Positions 22,330 to 33,400 of a stretch of 64,000 bases of DNA are shown here, piece by piece. Source of the DNA: Azolla caroliniana (Eukaryota > Plantae > Polypodiophyta). A model generated the notes under the pieces. That model saw only the letters and a list, made by a program, of their open reading frames with translations. It searched no databases and was not told the origin of the DNA. The position numbers were made by a program, and so were the translations under genes. Location of the stretch: NCBI GenBank assembly GCA_043228905.1, contig JBHGNT010000017.1, positions 4,340,001-4,404,000 of the forward strand, read 5' to 3'. Each line of letters begins with the position of its first letter. The first letter of the stretch is position 1.

Positions 22330-24477
22330 GCTTTCATTATGAAAGAAAAAAACACCACCATGGTCCATGACTAACTTACTACAAGTATAGAATCCTTCTA
22401 GGGATCTAAATACTACTACTACAACTCCAAATTTAATGCCATCCTACACCAATTCAAATGATGAATATGATGATACGTGACTTTGTAGAGTTCTCTCTTT
22501 TCATGGTTGAGATTTTGTGACTTCTCTAGCACTGTCAATTGCCACAAAAGAAGTCCTCAACATATTTTCTCACCCCAACTTGTGAATTAAAAGTGAAGGC
22601 ATTCCGCATGCTCCAATTGAACCATAGCCCCCAATACTTCAATAACTCAAAAATAATTTGGAAATGAGGCATCGGTTCATTGTTCTCCATATGTGCAAAA
22701 ACCCAAGTGAAAGAAGATAAACTTACTCTAGTTAGAGACATCCACACTAAATTCATACACCTCCAAATCATCCTAGCTATCGAGCATGAAAGAAATCGAT
22801 GCCTACTATGTTTCAATTCCATCGAACAAAAGAAACACGTTCCGCTAGCAATGTTTCTTTTCTTCAATGCATCCCCCTATGATAAAGCTCTAACCATAAC
22901 TCTTCAAATGAATACCTTAGCTCGTAGCATCAATCGAGAACACCAACCTGCCTTGACCACGTAAAACCACTAGGTAATGGGCTTACAAAAACCCCATATT
23001 TCTATAACCCTTTTTTAAATCCACTTATGTTTGTCAATCAACTTGTCATAAACATAATTTGTTGAGCTCAAAACCAATCTCCTATTTCCAACAAATGTCC
23101 AATCAACCTCATCCCCCAACTAAATCAGGAATTGGCTCATACGAAGATAATAATTCATGCAACTTATCCCAAATAAAGGTATAACCTTCTGGAATACAAA
23201 ATGTTGATCAATGCCATTAATCTTCTTTGTGACACTAACATAACATCCTTGACTATAACCAAACACAATCTAGCCATCTGATTAAAGTGAAGGTTAAGAA
23301 TTTGTTTACCTTCCCATCTCAACAACCTTGATGTCACCAAAACCTCCATTTGTAATGAATTGACACTTCAACTTTCTTGTGGAGGATGTCATTCCAACAA
23401 AATCCAACATACTTTGCCAAACTATCAACAAATGATTAACTATCAGAGACCTTGTGCATTTGACATCCCTTTCAGAATGAATGACATTCCACCAAGTAGC
23501 TTCAATCGTCATGTTTCCAAGCTTAATTCTTGTCTTATGTATCAAATATGCCATTATTTCGTCCAAGGTTATACACCCTCAAACATAAATCGAATGAAAG
23601 TAAATTGACGAGCCACCATATGTTCATATAAATTCAATATTGATGCCCCACCAAAACACTTTGGAGTACGAATATGATCCCATGCCAACCACGACAAGGC
23701 ACTTTTTTCCTTTTCTTTTCCATAACAACATTTGCATTGAGTTTGAGATCATTTTAAGAGCTTTCTTCGACCATGGTAGCAAAGGACGATAATAAGACAC
23801 CATAGAGACCTTAATCGATTGGACCATCTTAAGTCATACATGAAAATGCTAGAATTGAGATCTCCGATGGATAAACTTATCAGCCAACCTTTTGGATACC
23901 CACTCAATAAGTTTCACATGAGAAACTTCCACCCCAATTGGATATCCAAGGTGATGACAGATCATACCACGATGTACTATCCTTCATGACCACCCCAACC
24001 TTAACGCATCTTGTTCTGTACATGAAATGAGGACAAATTTATGCATATTAATTCTCAACCTTGAAGCATTTGAAAACAATTCCCACACATCTCTTGTCAT
24101 ACTAATATTTTCTCGATTAGGTGCCAAAAACATGATATGGTCACCTGCGAGAGCTTGAACAATACATGGCTTCCTTGATAGCAACCTTAATCCAAACAAT
24201 TCTTCCTCTATAGCCATACTGTTACCTTAACATGAATGGGATGTGTCAGAATAATGAATAATAAAGAACTCACCGTGCATCCTTTTCTAATTGATCTCCA
24301 AATAGAAATAGGTTGTGTTACTCCTCCATGAAACATCACATGTGAAACCGAACCCTCCCCTAATGTGTATATCAACTCAGACATATGGTCACCAAAACCC
24401 ATATGAGACATCAATTGATTAATTAATGTACAACCCACATTATCATAGGCTTTCTCAACATCCAATTGTAACAATAC
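22330..24477 (-). mobile_element. Degraded L1/Tx1-type LINE ORF2, 3' part (RT C-terminal half and zf-RVT)
   Basis: VLLQLDVEKAYDNV...MGFG...SIRKGCTVSSLLF; ALAGDHIMF (degenerate FADD); SRLRINMHK; zf-RVT-like CFFCSME...HRFLSCSIARMIW. Many stops and frameshifts; left boundary approximate. Confidence 0.85.
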
Positions 24478-24498
24478 TGTAAAGAATCAAGTATCTAA

Positions 24499-24960
24499 TG
24501 TTACTGGTTGGCAAGAAGGCTTAAGGAGGTCCAAACCAGAGTGTGAAAAGGAATAGTTTATTCGGGAACTGTTGTAATTAGTAGTCTTAATATATATAAT
24601 AATATATGAGAAGATGTGGACGGACGGATCGGAATCGGTATGCCAATCCGAATCCAGACCGATCCCGAAAAGGTGCCGGTTGGCACCGTTTTTTATTTCG
24701 CACTGGAGACCTATATAAAGGCCTAGTTACAATGTAATCGAGAGTGGATAATTAATAGAACTTATTGCCTTGATCTTTCAGTATTGATTACCATTCTGTA
24801 CTCATTGTTATATCTTACGCGTTTTAATGGTGTGTTGCTAAGTAATCGATTAAGGTCTAATTAAGAGTTGTGCCGTAAGTCATCTTGCCGTAACACCCTT
24901 TGGTGAAGTGTCTTAAGTGGACACCCTGTGTTAGGTTGTTGTCCGGCCCTAGGATTAACA
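24499..24960 (+). repeat. 5' LTR of Gypsy A
   Basis: Direct repeat of 49393-49846; TGTTAC...TTAACA; TATA-like ctatataaagg. Confidence 0.95.
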
Positions 24961-24967
24961 CAATTTT

Positions 24968-24979
24968 TGGCGACCACGA
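24968..24979 (+). promoter_or_regulatory. Primer-binding site of Gypsy A (tRNA-Arg(UCG)-like)
   Basis: TGGCGACCACGA 7 nt after the LTR, complementary to a tRNA ending ...GTGGTCG-CCA (identity recalled, not searched). The same motif is present in Gypsy C. Confidence 0.7.
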
Positions 24980-25015
24980 TTCCTGCACAATTGCAGTGAA
25001 CAATGGCGGGAATGG

Positions 25016-26281
25016 ATGACTAGGCCAATAGACGACCCGATTACGGAGAGAGCATGAAGACTTGCTGAATGACGGAGGTGGCGAGAGGCTTTCCAGCAAG
25101 CAACGGAAGAAATCCGATCGGATCGATCATTTTCCAAAGTGATCCGGAAAGTGGCGGAGGAGTTGCTCCGTTTGCAACAAGACGCTTACCCAGACGAAGG
25201 AAGCAGCTTAAGCAGCCTCCGGGAAGTGGAATCCCTTCTCCAGGCCTTGGCCGGAAGAGACGGCGAATCCGAAGCATTTTCAGTGCTGGAATCGGATTCG
25301 GAAGGGGGTTACAGCGCGCACACAAACTATCGCAACAGTAACGACACCCCAGGAGGACCGGAGGACGAGGAGTCAGATACATTACCGACACCGGAACCAG
25401 AGTTGTTAGATTAGGAACCCCCGACACTAGACGTGGAGCAACCTCTGGAGATGGAAGAAGACAAAGAACGACCTCTGACACCGGAAGTCGAGCCGGCAAC
25501 ACCAAAGGAAGACCGGCAAAGGCCTTCGACACCGACGGAACAACATGAAAAACCACCGACACCGCTAGCCTGCGTACCGGCACCGGACGACGACATGCCA
25601 TTCCAGTACTCCAAGTATAGGGATGACCCGGACGCGGAGGCTCATGTTCACGTGTTTCAGCAAACGTGGGAGGCGAACCATGTGTCACAACGGTTAACCG
25701 CGACCGAAGAGGATCGATCTAAGATAGCCGAATTCGGCGTGACATTGGAAGAACCGGTCGCCAGATGGCACCAGACGCAGGACCCCAGCACCATCACCAC
25801 TTTTGCGGACCTGAAAGATAAATTCTTGCACTTCTTTCAGAAGGAGGTGGACCAGAGAGAAATGGTGGGCCTATTTTATACCATCCGGCAGGAACCCGGG
25901 GAGAGCATTCCGTAGTTTGTCATCCGGTTTCAACGGATGCACAGTCAGCTTACCTGCGCACCTCCGGAGGAAGAAACACGGGCTATATTCTTAGCCGCGC
26001 TCCGGGAACCTCTACGAATGGTATGCACGGTCATCGACTTTCACACAAGCACCGTCGACCAGGTCATCGACCGGGTTAGAGAAATGGAAAAAACAAGCTC
26101 TTGGCTAACAATGGGAGCCCTCCAACGAGCGTTACCAACCGAGGAGGATCTCCGTTTCTGGCAAGCAATCCAATACACGAACTTCTTGAATTCTGGAGAC
26201 TCGTCACTGGAGTGCACCATGCGGACGCACTGCTTACTCTGCCAATCTACGAGCCACACGATGGACCAGTGCGAATATAAC
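25016..26281 (+). pseudogene. Gypsy A gag, 5' part, interrupted by Copia B
   Basis: Homologous to Gypsy C gag (DAEAHVHVFQQTWEANHVSQRL; CLLCQSTSHTMDQC knuckle); in-frame stops. Confidence 0.85.
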
Positions 26282-26348
26282 TGTAAAAGATTGCTTGCGG
26301 AAGCGTTAGAAAGAACAATACCCAAAGAGAATGAGAGAGAGTACGCGG

Positions 26349-26379
<31 letters not shown>

Positions 26380-26985
26380 AGCAAAACACACTATTTTCCA
26401 AAATTATATGAATACTCTGTGCTCTGTATCTACAACGCGCTCATCAACGCTATTTATACAAGTCCACACGGGACTGTTAGAAGTACGGTGTACTTCAATG
26501 CTCACACGAGCATCTGACACTAACTACGAGACTATAACTGCCTAGTAGTCTAACCTATACTAGGCTTCCGGTTACGGATTGGATCCGGCATACTGTTGTC
26601 TGCATGGCCGGACTAGCCTCAACACAGGTGTCTATCCGACACTTCTCCAAAGGGGTGGTAAGGATTGGACGCTAGGTTACACGCGTAAGATGATTACAAT
26701 TAGGCACAGACGGTAAAACAATACAAAGATACAGATAAACACGCAATAATTACTTTTGTATTACTTCCGTCAAGCCTTTACAAATCATCGGATCCTTTTA
26801 TAGGCATCCGGCAAGGTTACAATCGGTGCGCTTAGGCAACCGGCATTCGAATCGGTCCGGATCCGGATCGGTACAACTGTACCGGATCCGTCCCTTTGAG
26901 TAATAATTATACTATTATTTACTTCCTATTATCCGATCCGACTCCGCCTTCCCACTTGCCCTTGCTCTTCTGACTGGTCAACACA

Positions 26986-27025
26986 TGGCACGCCCGTGGG
27001 AAAGTGCCTTGCACTTCGAATCCAC
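26986..27025 (-). other. tRNA-3'-end-like motif (inverted second PBS) at the PPT position of Gypsy C
   Basis: Element sense: GTGGA TTCGA A GTGC AAG GCAC T TT CCCAC GGGCGTG CCA, then TG, then the 3' LTR. Confidence 0.85.
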
Positions 27026-27033
27026 TCCCGGCC

Positions 27034-30000
27034 TCATTCTTCCTCCAAAATATCGAGCACACTCTGCTCGAAGGTGTCAAGTGGTGCTTCTTCCTCCAAT
27101 TCCTGTTCCTTGCCTGCCTGGTCTCCGACCTCCGATTGGGTTGGCTGTTCCGTAAAAATTTGCTGCTCCGGCTCTACTTGATTCTGTGGTGCCGGTGCTT
27201 CCTCTCCGCTCCGTCCGGGTTCTTCCTGTTCTCCCTCCGTTCCAGGCTCTGTTCTGTTACCAGTGTCGCTTTCTCTGGTCTCGACTGGTCGGCTCGGTGC
27301 GCCTTCTTCCTTTGCTCCGGTGTCTTCCAGTCTCAGCTCTTCTTCATCCCCGACATCGGTCTGCACCTGCTCTTCTTGATTTCCTTGGAACGGAAGTTCT
27401 TCTTCGGGTATTCCTTGTCGGGGTTGTTCGGTGTCGGTTGGTTCAGCTTCAGCCGGTCGCTCTCCCTCACTTATAGTGATTGGCGTCGTTCTTCCCTTGG
27501 CTTCCTGTCGTAACCGGTCCTGCTTGTATTTCTCCAACTCCAATTGAGTTGCGAGCTGCCCGTCATCCAACCTCTCTACCAACCCTCGGATTTCTTTGAG
27601 ATGTTCTTCCGCTAAAGCGTAGAAATCCTCCAACAATTCTTCCTGAATGGCGATGATACTTTCTTCATCCATCTTGTAGAACTTGTCACCGGTCTTCCTC
27701 CGATTCTCGGCATCAGCTCGGAGTGTCTGCAGCTCAGCTGCTTGTTGTGACCACTCCTTCCATAGCTTTTCCGTACTTTCGTTGATGTTTGCCTGAGCTC
27801 GGGTACTCCAACCTGACATGATGAGCTTGATCCGGTCAACCCCCGCCTTAGCATGCGCATAAGCTTCTTGCTTTTCCTTCCTTGCCCGTTTTATAATGTC
27901 GGCCATTATCTGAGCCTGGGCTTCGTAATTTGCTTTTTGCTTTTCATAGGTACTTTGCAGTTTGTTGATCGTGAAGGTCGAGCTTTCCTTTTCTTCATTC
28001 CTGATCTTGGTCAGATCCAGCTTTTCCCGCCTTAGCGCCTCTAATTCCTTCCTTCTCTCCGTCGCTTGGGTTATTTCCACCGACAATGCTTCCTTTTTGG
28101 CACTGACCTCGTCCATTGTCTTAGCCAGGTCTAATCGGGTCTCTTTGAGCTGTTCTTTCAGCTTCTCTATTTGCCGGTCGTAGTCTGCTGCCCGTTTCTT
28201 GTTGTCCGACTCGGCCTGCTTGTGATCTCGGTAGAGTCGGTCGAAGTCCTCCTCCTTTTGCTTCAGGCGTCGGTTTACCTGAGCTCTTAACCGATCGTCC
28301 CGGTCCTTCTGTTGTCGGAGTTCCTCCTGCAGTCGTTCTATCTCCTGCTCGGCCTGTCGACGCAGCCGGTCCTTCTCCTTTTGCAGCTTCTCTTTTTCTT
28401 CTTGCAGTCGGTCATTAGTGGCTCGGCCTTTCCGGAGGCCTTCTTCCATTTTCCGTCTGTCGTCCTCCACCGCTTTCCGCTGCTCCCTTTCTTTTTCCCT
28501 TAATGCCTCATGAGCTTTTAACTCCTCTCGCAAGGTTTCTATTATTTTTTCGGTCTCAGGGCCGGTTTGCAAGGCTACCGGTTCTGGTTCTGGTTCTGGT
28601 TGCTTCCTTGTTGTCCCGACTGGCTCGGTGACAACTTGTGCTTGTTGAATTCCTTCCCTTGCCTGCAACAACTCCCCTTGCAATTTCTGGATCTGTGTTC
28701 GGAGCGCGACCAACTCCTGGGTTGTTGTATGCGTCAGATGTTGCCTACACATTTCTTCTTCCTCTAACTGGTCCGCTACTCCCGATAACTGCTCCGAAAG
28801 CCATCTCAGCCATTGTGGCTTTGTGCTTCCTGTGTCGGGGTAGAATTGCTCACTTTTACTCCTTAACTCAGGCTGTTTTTCCGGCCTTTTCTCTGGCTCC
28901 GGTGCTTGTTCATTCCTCTTCTCTGGAATGACCGGTTCTCTAAAGTCCGGCACAACCGGTGTCGGTGCTGCTTCCCTCGGTACGGGTTCCGGTACTACTT
29001 CCGCCCCGGCTACTGGAGGTGGTCCTTGCGCCCTCTGCTGAGTTTTGTCAACTGGTGGAGCCGGTCCTCTCACCCGTCTCTCCCGACCTTGTCTTGCTGG
29101 GAGTCTTACCAGTGGTTCGGAATAGTCTTCTGTTTCAGCTTCCTCCTCCGGTGCGGCTACCAGATAGAGCTTTTGTATAAAGACCTCTGGTTCCGGTTCC
29201 GGCCGTCGCAGCGTTATATTGATTGGTTTGAGCGCTACCGGTTCCTGCTCGGCCGATTTTCCTTTGCCTTTTCCTGCCGGTTTTGCCTTTGTTGCCGGTT
29301 CCTGTTGCTGTCGGGATGGTCCTTCCTCCCGCTGTTCTGCTTCTTCCTGGGTCCATTCGGGGGTGTGTTTCTCCAGGATATGTCAGCGCTTTGTGACCTT
29401 TTTCGGCGTCGTCTCCTGCCGACCTCTTTTCTTTTGTTTGATGGGGAGCACCGGTGGGACTAACACCGTTAGCCATTGTGCTATCCCGGCCCATGGCTTT
29501 TTTCCTTCCACAAGGTTCTTGATGGCCTCCTTCAATCCTTCGGTTATGAAATGGAGCCAGTCCACTTGTAATCCTTCGTATGTTGCAATTAAGAACGCTG
29601 CCCGGTACCTGGCTATGGCCGGGGGACGAGAATTTACGAATCCGTATTCCGTCATGGCGCGGGCCACTTCTCCGAACAGCAGGTTCTCTCCACCCTGTGT
29701 TCGGTACGCCTTGCTGCTGATGGAATACTCACCGAAATATTCGAACAGGATTTCACTTGAAGGGTTTTCGATCGTTTGAAGTCCTCTTGCTTTTATCCCC
29801 GTGAGCGCCTGCACCGCTCCTTCCGTGATTTCTGATAAATCAATCAATGCTGCCGCCTGCTCTGGTTCTGCGTGTGGTGGAGCGTCGGCGATCCGCAGCA
29901 ATCCTTCTAACCCGTTCTCCCTCATCCATTGGCGTGCCTCCTCTGACAGTGCCATTGGTTCGAATTCTTCTTCTGCTGTCTGTTGTTCGGGATCGGGATG

Positions 30001-30237
30001 TGTGTGCGCTGTGCGTCGGATCGCTCTTCTGTGCTTCTGCACCTGTGTGTAGGAAAATTCGTAAAAAGTAAGCCCTTCGCAGGCCTGTGTCTTACATAGT
30101 GGCTTTTGCTTCGAGCCGCCCTTTTTCATTTCCCGCGCATGTCTATCTCCCGCCATAATTAGTATGTCCTTTCTTGCTTGCCGCGTGTGAGTAATACCTC
30201 GTATGTCGGTGCCCACGTTCCATGCTTTAAATAGCAC
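27034..30237 (-). pseudogene. Gypsy C extra ORF downstream of pol (~1000 codons; globular N-terminal domain plus long coiled coil) with a premature TGA at 29385-83
   Basis: ORFs 29383..30237 and 27034..29073 are in the same frame and collinear with Gypsy A 46387-49338. The intervening stretch was only partly translated by hand. Confidence 0.8.
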
Positions 30238-30487
30238 GTACGCGGACGTCCTCCTTTACTGCATGGCGCCTCTTCGTTGCATGGTGGCACTCCCACCTCT
30301 TGTGATCTCCCCATCATTACTCTAATTTTTTATTTTTTATTTTTTATTTTTTAAAATTTTTAATTTTTAATTTTAAAATTATTGATTTATTTATTATTTA
30401 TTTTATTTTATTTTATTTTAAATTATTTTTTAATTTTTTTAATTTTTTTAATTAATTAATTATTTTTTTCCGTTTGTTTGGACCACG

Positions 30488-33400
30488 TCATTTTCTGGTC
30501 CCCCCCGATTTGTTCGGGTCGGTTCGCGCTGATACCGGATCCTTCTGTCGGTTTTCCGGGATAGTCTTTGTCAGTATCGGTGTCGGTTCTTCCTCGGTCC
30601 GGATATCTGCAGCAGCGTCTGTCGGTGTCGGTTCCTCATCGTGCTGGATTTCCGGGTTTTGCTTGAACGGGTTGGCTGGCATATTTCCCTTATACGGCTT
30701 TAGCCGAAACCCATTTGCCCACTTACTGATGACTTCTCCAGACAACGTGTCGAGCTGATACGACCCATTGTACTCCTTGGTGATCCAGAACGGTCCGGTC
30801 CACCGAAACCGCAACTTTCCCGGCATGTTCCCCATCCGTGTCTAGAACAGTAGCACCGGTTTCCCGACTTCGAACTCCTTTTCGTTGCCACGCCGGTGTC
30901 GGTCCACGAAAGCTTTTCTCCTCCTTTGCTCCAGTTCGAGTTGTAGTAAGCTGGCTATTCGGTTTTCTTCTAATTCCAACAACGTCGCCAGCCGGATTCG
31001 TTCGAACTCCTTCTCACTTAAGCGCTCCTTTACCTGGATCCGTAAGCTGGGGATCTGGAACTCTACCGGCATGACCGCTTCTAAACCGAATGCTAGTCGG
31101 AACGGGGTTGTCCGGATGCTGGTTTTGTACGTTGTTCGGTACGCCCATAGCGCGCTCTGCAATTTCGTACCCCAGTCGGTCCGGTTCTCGTTGACGATTT
31201 TTCGTAGGATGTTCTGCAGAGTTTTGTTCGTCGATTCCGCTAGTCCATTGGCTTGAGGGTAGTAGGGAGTACTCCTTTTAAGTACCACCGCGTAAAATGA
31301 CGTCAGGCTTTCTACTACCTACCCGAGAAAGTGTCCTCCTTGGTCACTTATAAGCTCGATCGGGCATCCATACCGGCACCATATGCACTCGTACAGGAAC
31401 TTTGCCGTGGGCGTGGCCGTGTTGTCCCGTAAGGCCTTCGCTTCTACCCATTTGGTGCAATAGTCGGTCGCCACTATGACATACCGATTTCCGGTTCGCA
31501 TTGCCGGTGGCTTGAAGGGACTGACAAAGTCCAAACCCCACTTTTGAAACGGTTCCAATGGCAAGACCGGGTGGTGTGGCATCCGGGCCTGCTCCGTGGG
31601 TTGGCCCAGTCGTTGACACAAATCGCATTCTCTGCTATACTTCACGGCATCTTTTAGGGTGGTGGGCCACCACAGTCCGCTCTGCCATATTTTCCGAGCG
31701 GTTGCGTCGCCGGCATAATGCCCGCCGGCAATTCCACAGTGGGCTTCCCTGAGGATTACTTCCTTCTCATCGCTCCGCACTGCTCGTCTGCAGATGCCAT
31801 CTGCCCCCTTGTGATAGAGGGTGTCTCCAACCAAGCAGAAATGTCTGCTTCTTACTGCTACCCTTTTCCTTTCACAGAATGGTACTCCGAGCAGGTAGAG
31901 TACCCCCGGAGAACATGGACCAGGTAGAGTAGTGCAGAATGGTCGACATGGAAGGAAAACTTCCTTCCGAGCAGATAGTGCCTGTACTTTGTGACACTAT
32001 ACACCATTCCTAATGCCTCGCGTTCCGTCGTAGAGTAGTTCCGTTCGGCTTTTGAGAGTTTCCGGCTTGCGTAGTACACCGGTCGGTACCATTTCGGCTC
32101 CGTGAGTTGCATCAGAACGCTGCCGATTGCTACGTTCGACGCGTCGATGAAGACGTGAAAGCTTTTACTCCAATCCGGCGGTTGCACCACCGGAGCTTGC
32201 GACAACATAACCTTCAACGTTTGGTAGGCTTCCTCCTCCGTCTCCGCCCATAGGAAGGGTACCCTGTGTACGGCGGTATGCAATGGTGTAGCGAAGTCTG
32301 CGAGGTGCCGTATCATCCGGCTATGCCACCTTATTTGGCCCAGGAACCGGCTTAAAGCCTTTGCGTTATTTGGTGCTGGTGCCTCGAGAATCGCCTTTAC
32401 CTTATCCGGATCTACCGCAATTCCTTACTTACTCACCACGTGCCCTAGTAAGTTGCCGCTTGCCACTCCAAAGACGCACTTGGCCGAGTTCAGACTCAAC
32501 CGGTACTCGCGGCACTTCTCCAAGCACAGTCGGAGGTGATCGAGATGCTCTCCGTGCCGGCTGTAGACCGCGAAATCGTCAAGGAAGACCTGCATAAAAC
32601 CGGGGATATATTCCCCGAAAATTTCCATTATTATCCTTTGAAAGGTCGCTGGGGCTGTCTTTAGTCCGAACATCATCATGACCGCGACGAACACTCCCCA
32701 TTCCGTAACGAACGCTGTCTTCTCTTGGTCGGCTGGGTTCATTCGTATTTGGTTGTAGCCGCTAAATCCATCCAGGAAGCTGTAAACTTCGTGGTCGGCT
32801 ACCGCATCTAACACCCTGTCCGTAAATGGTAGTGGAAACGCATCGGTCATTGTTGCGGCATTTAGTTTGCGGTAGTCCACGCATACCTGGATTTTGCCGT
32901 TCTTTTTCGGGACCACCACTATCGGACTCAGCCAGGTTGCCTGCTTGACCGGTCGGATAAATCTGACCCGGAGGAGCTTATCAATCTCCTCCTTCACCTT
33001 CGCCGCATAATTCGGATTCATCCGGTACCTGCGTTGAGCGATCGGTTTCGCGTCCGTACTTAGGTGAATTTGGTGCTGATAGAGCTGGGGGTCCAGCCCT
33101 CGCATGTCTTCGTACAACCACGCGAACACATCCTTGAAGTCTATTAATAATGCTACCATTGCCTTCTTTTCTTCCTTCGGCAATTCCTTTGCGACATTTA
33201 CCGGTCGGGGCTTGTCTGTTGTGCCGAGGTCCACCTCCTCTAGTTGGGATGCTTTTACCCTCTGGGATATCGTCATTTCCCTCTCTAGGGATTCCTGCGC
33301 TTGTCGCAGTTCCCGGATCGCCGCTTGGTCCGGTTCTTCCGGCGTCGTGATGTACGGTTCTACTGCCGCCGTGATATCCACCTCAAATAGTGGGACGATT

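Noticed and set aside
26986-27001. Reading Gypsy C or E as + strand elements with an ordinary PBS
   Set aside because: gag-pol of C is on the - strand with its own PBS at the far LTR. In A the homologous motif is clearly downstream of pol. E's ORF orientation matches C.
27034-29073. Host myosin/SMC/trichohyalin-like gene or retroviral env
   Set aside because: It lies inside paired LTRs, has homologues in elements A and E, and shows no signal peptide or transmembrane helix. The similarity is compositional (coiled coil).
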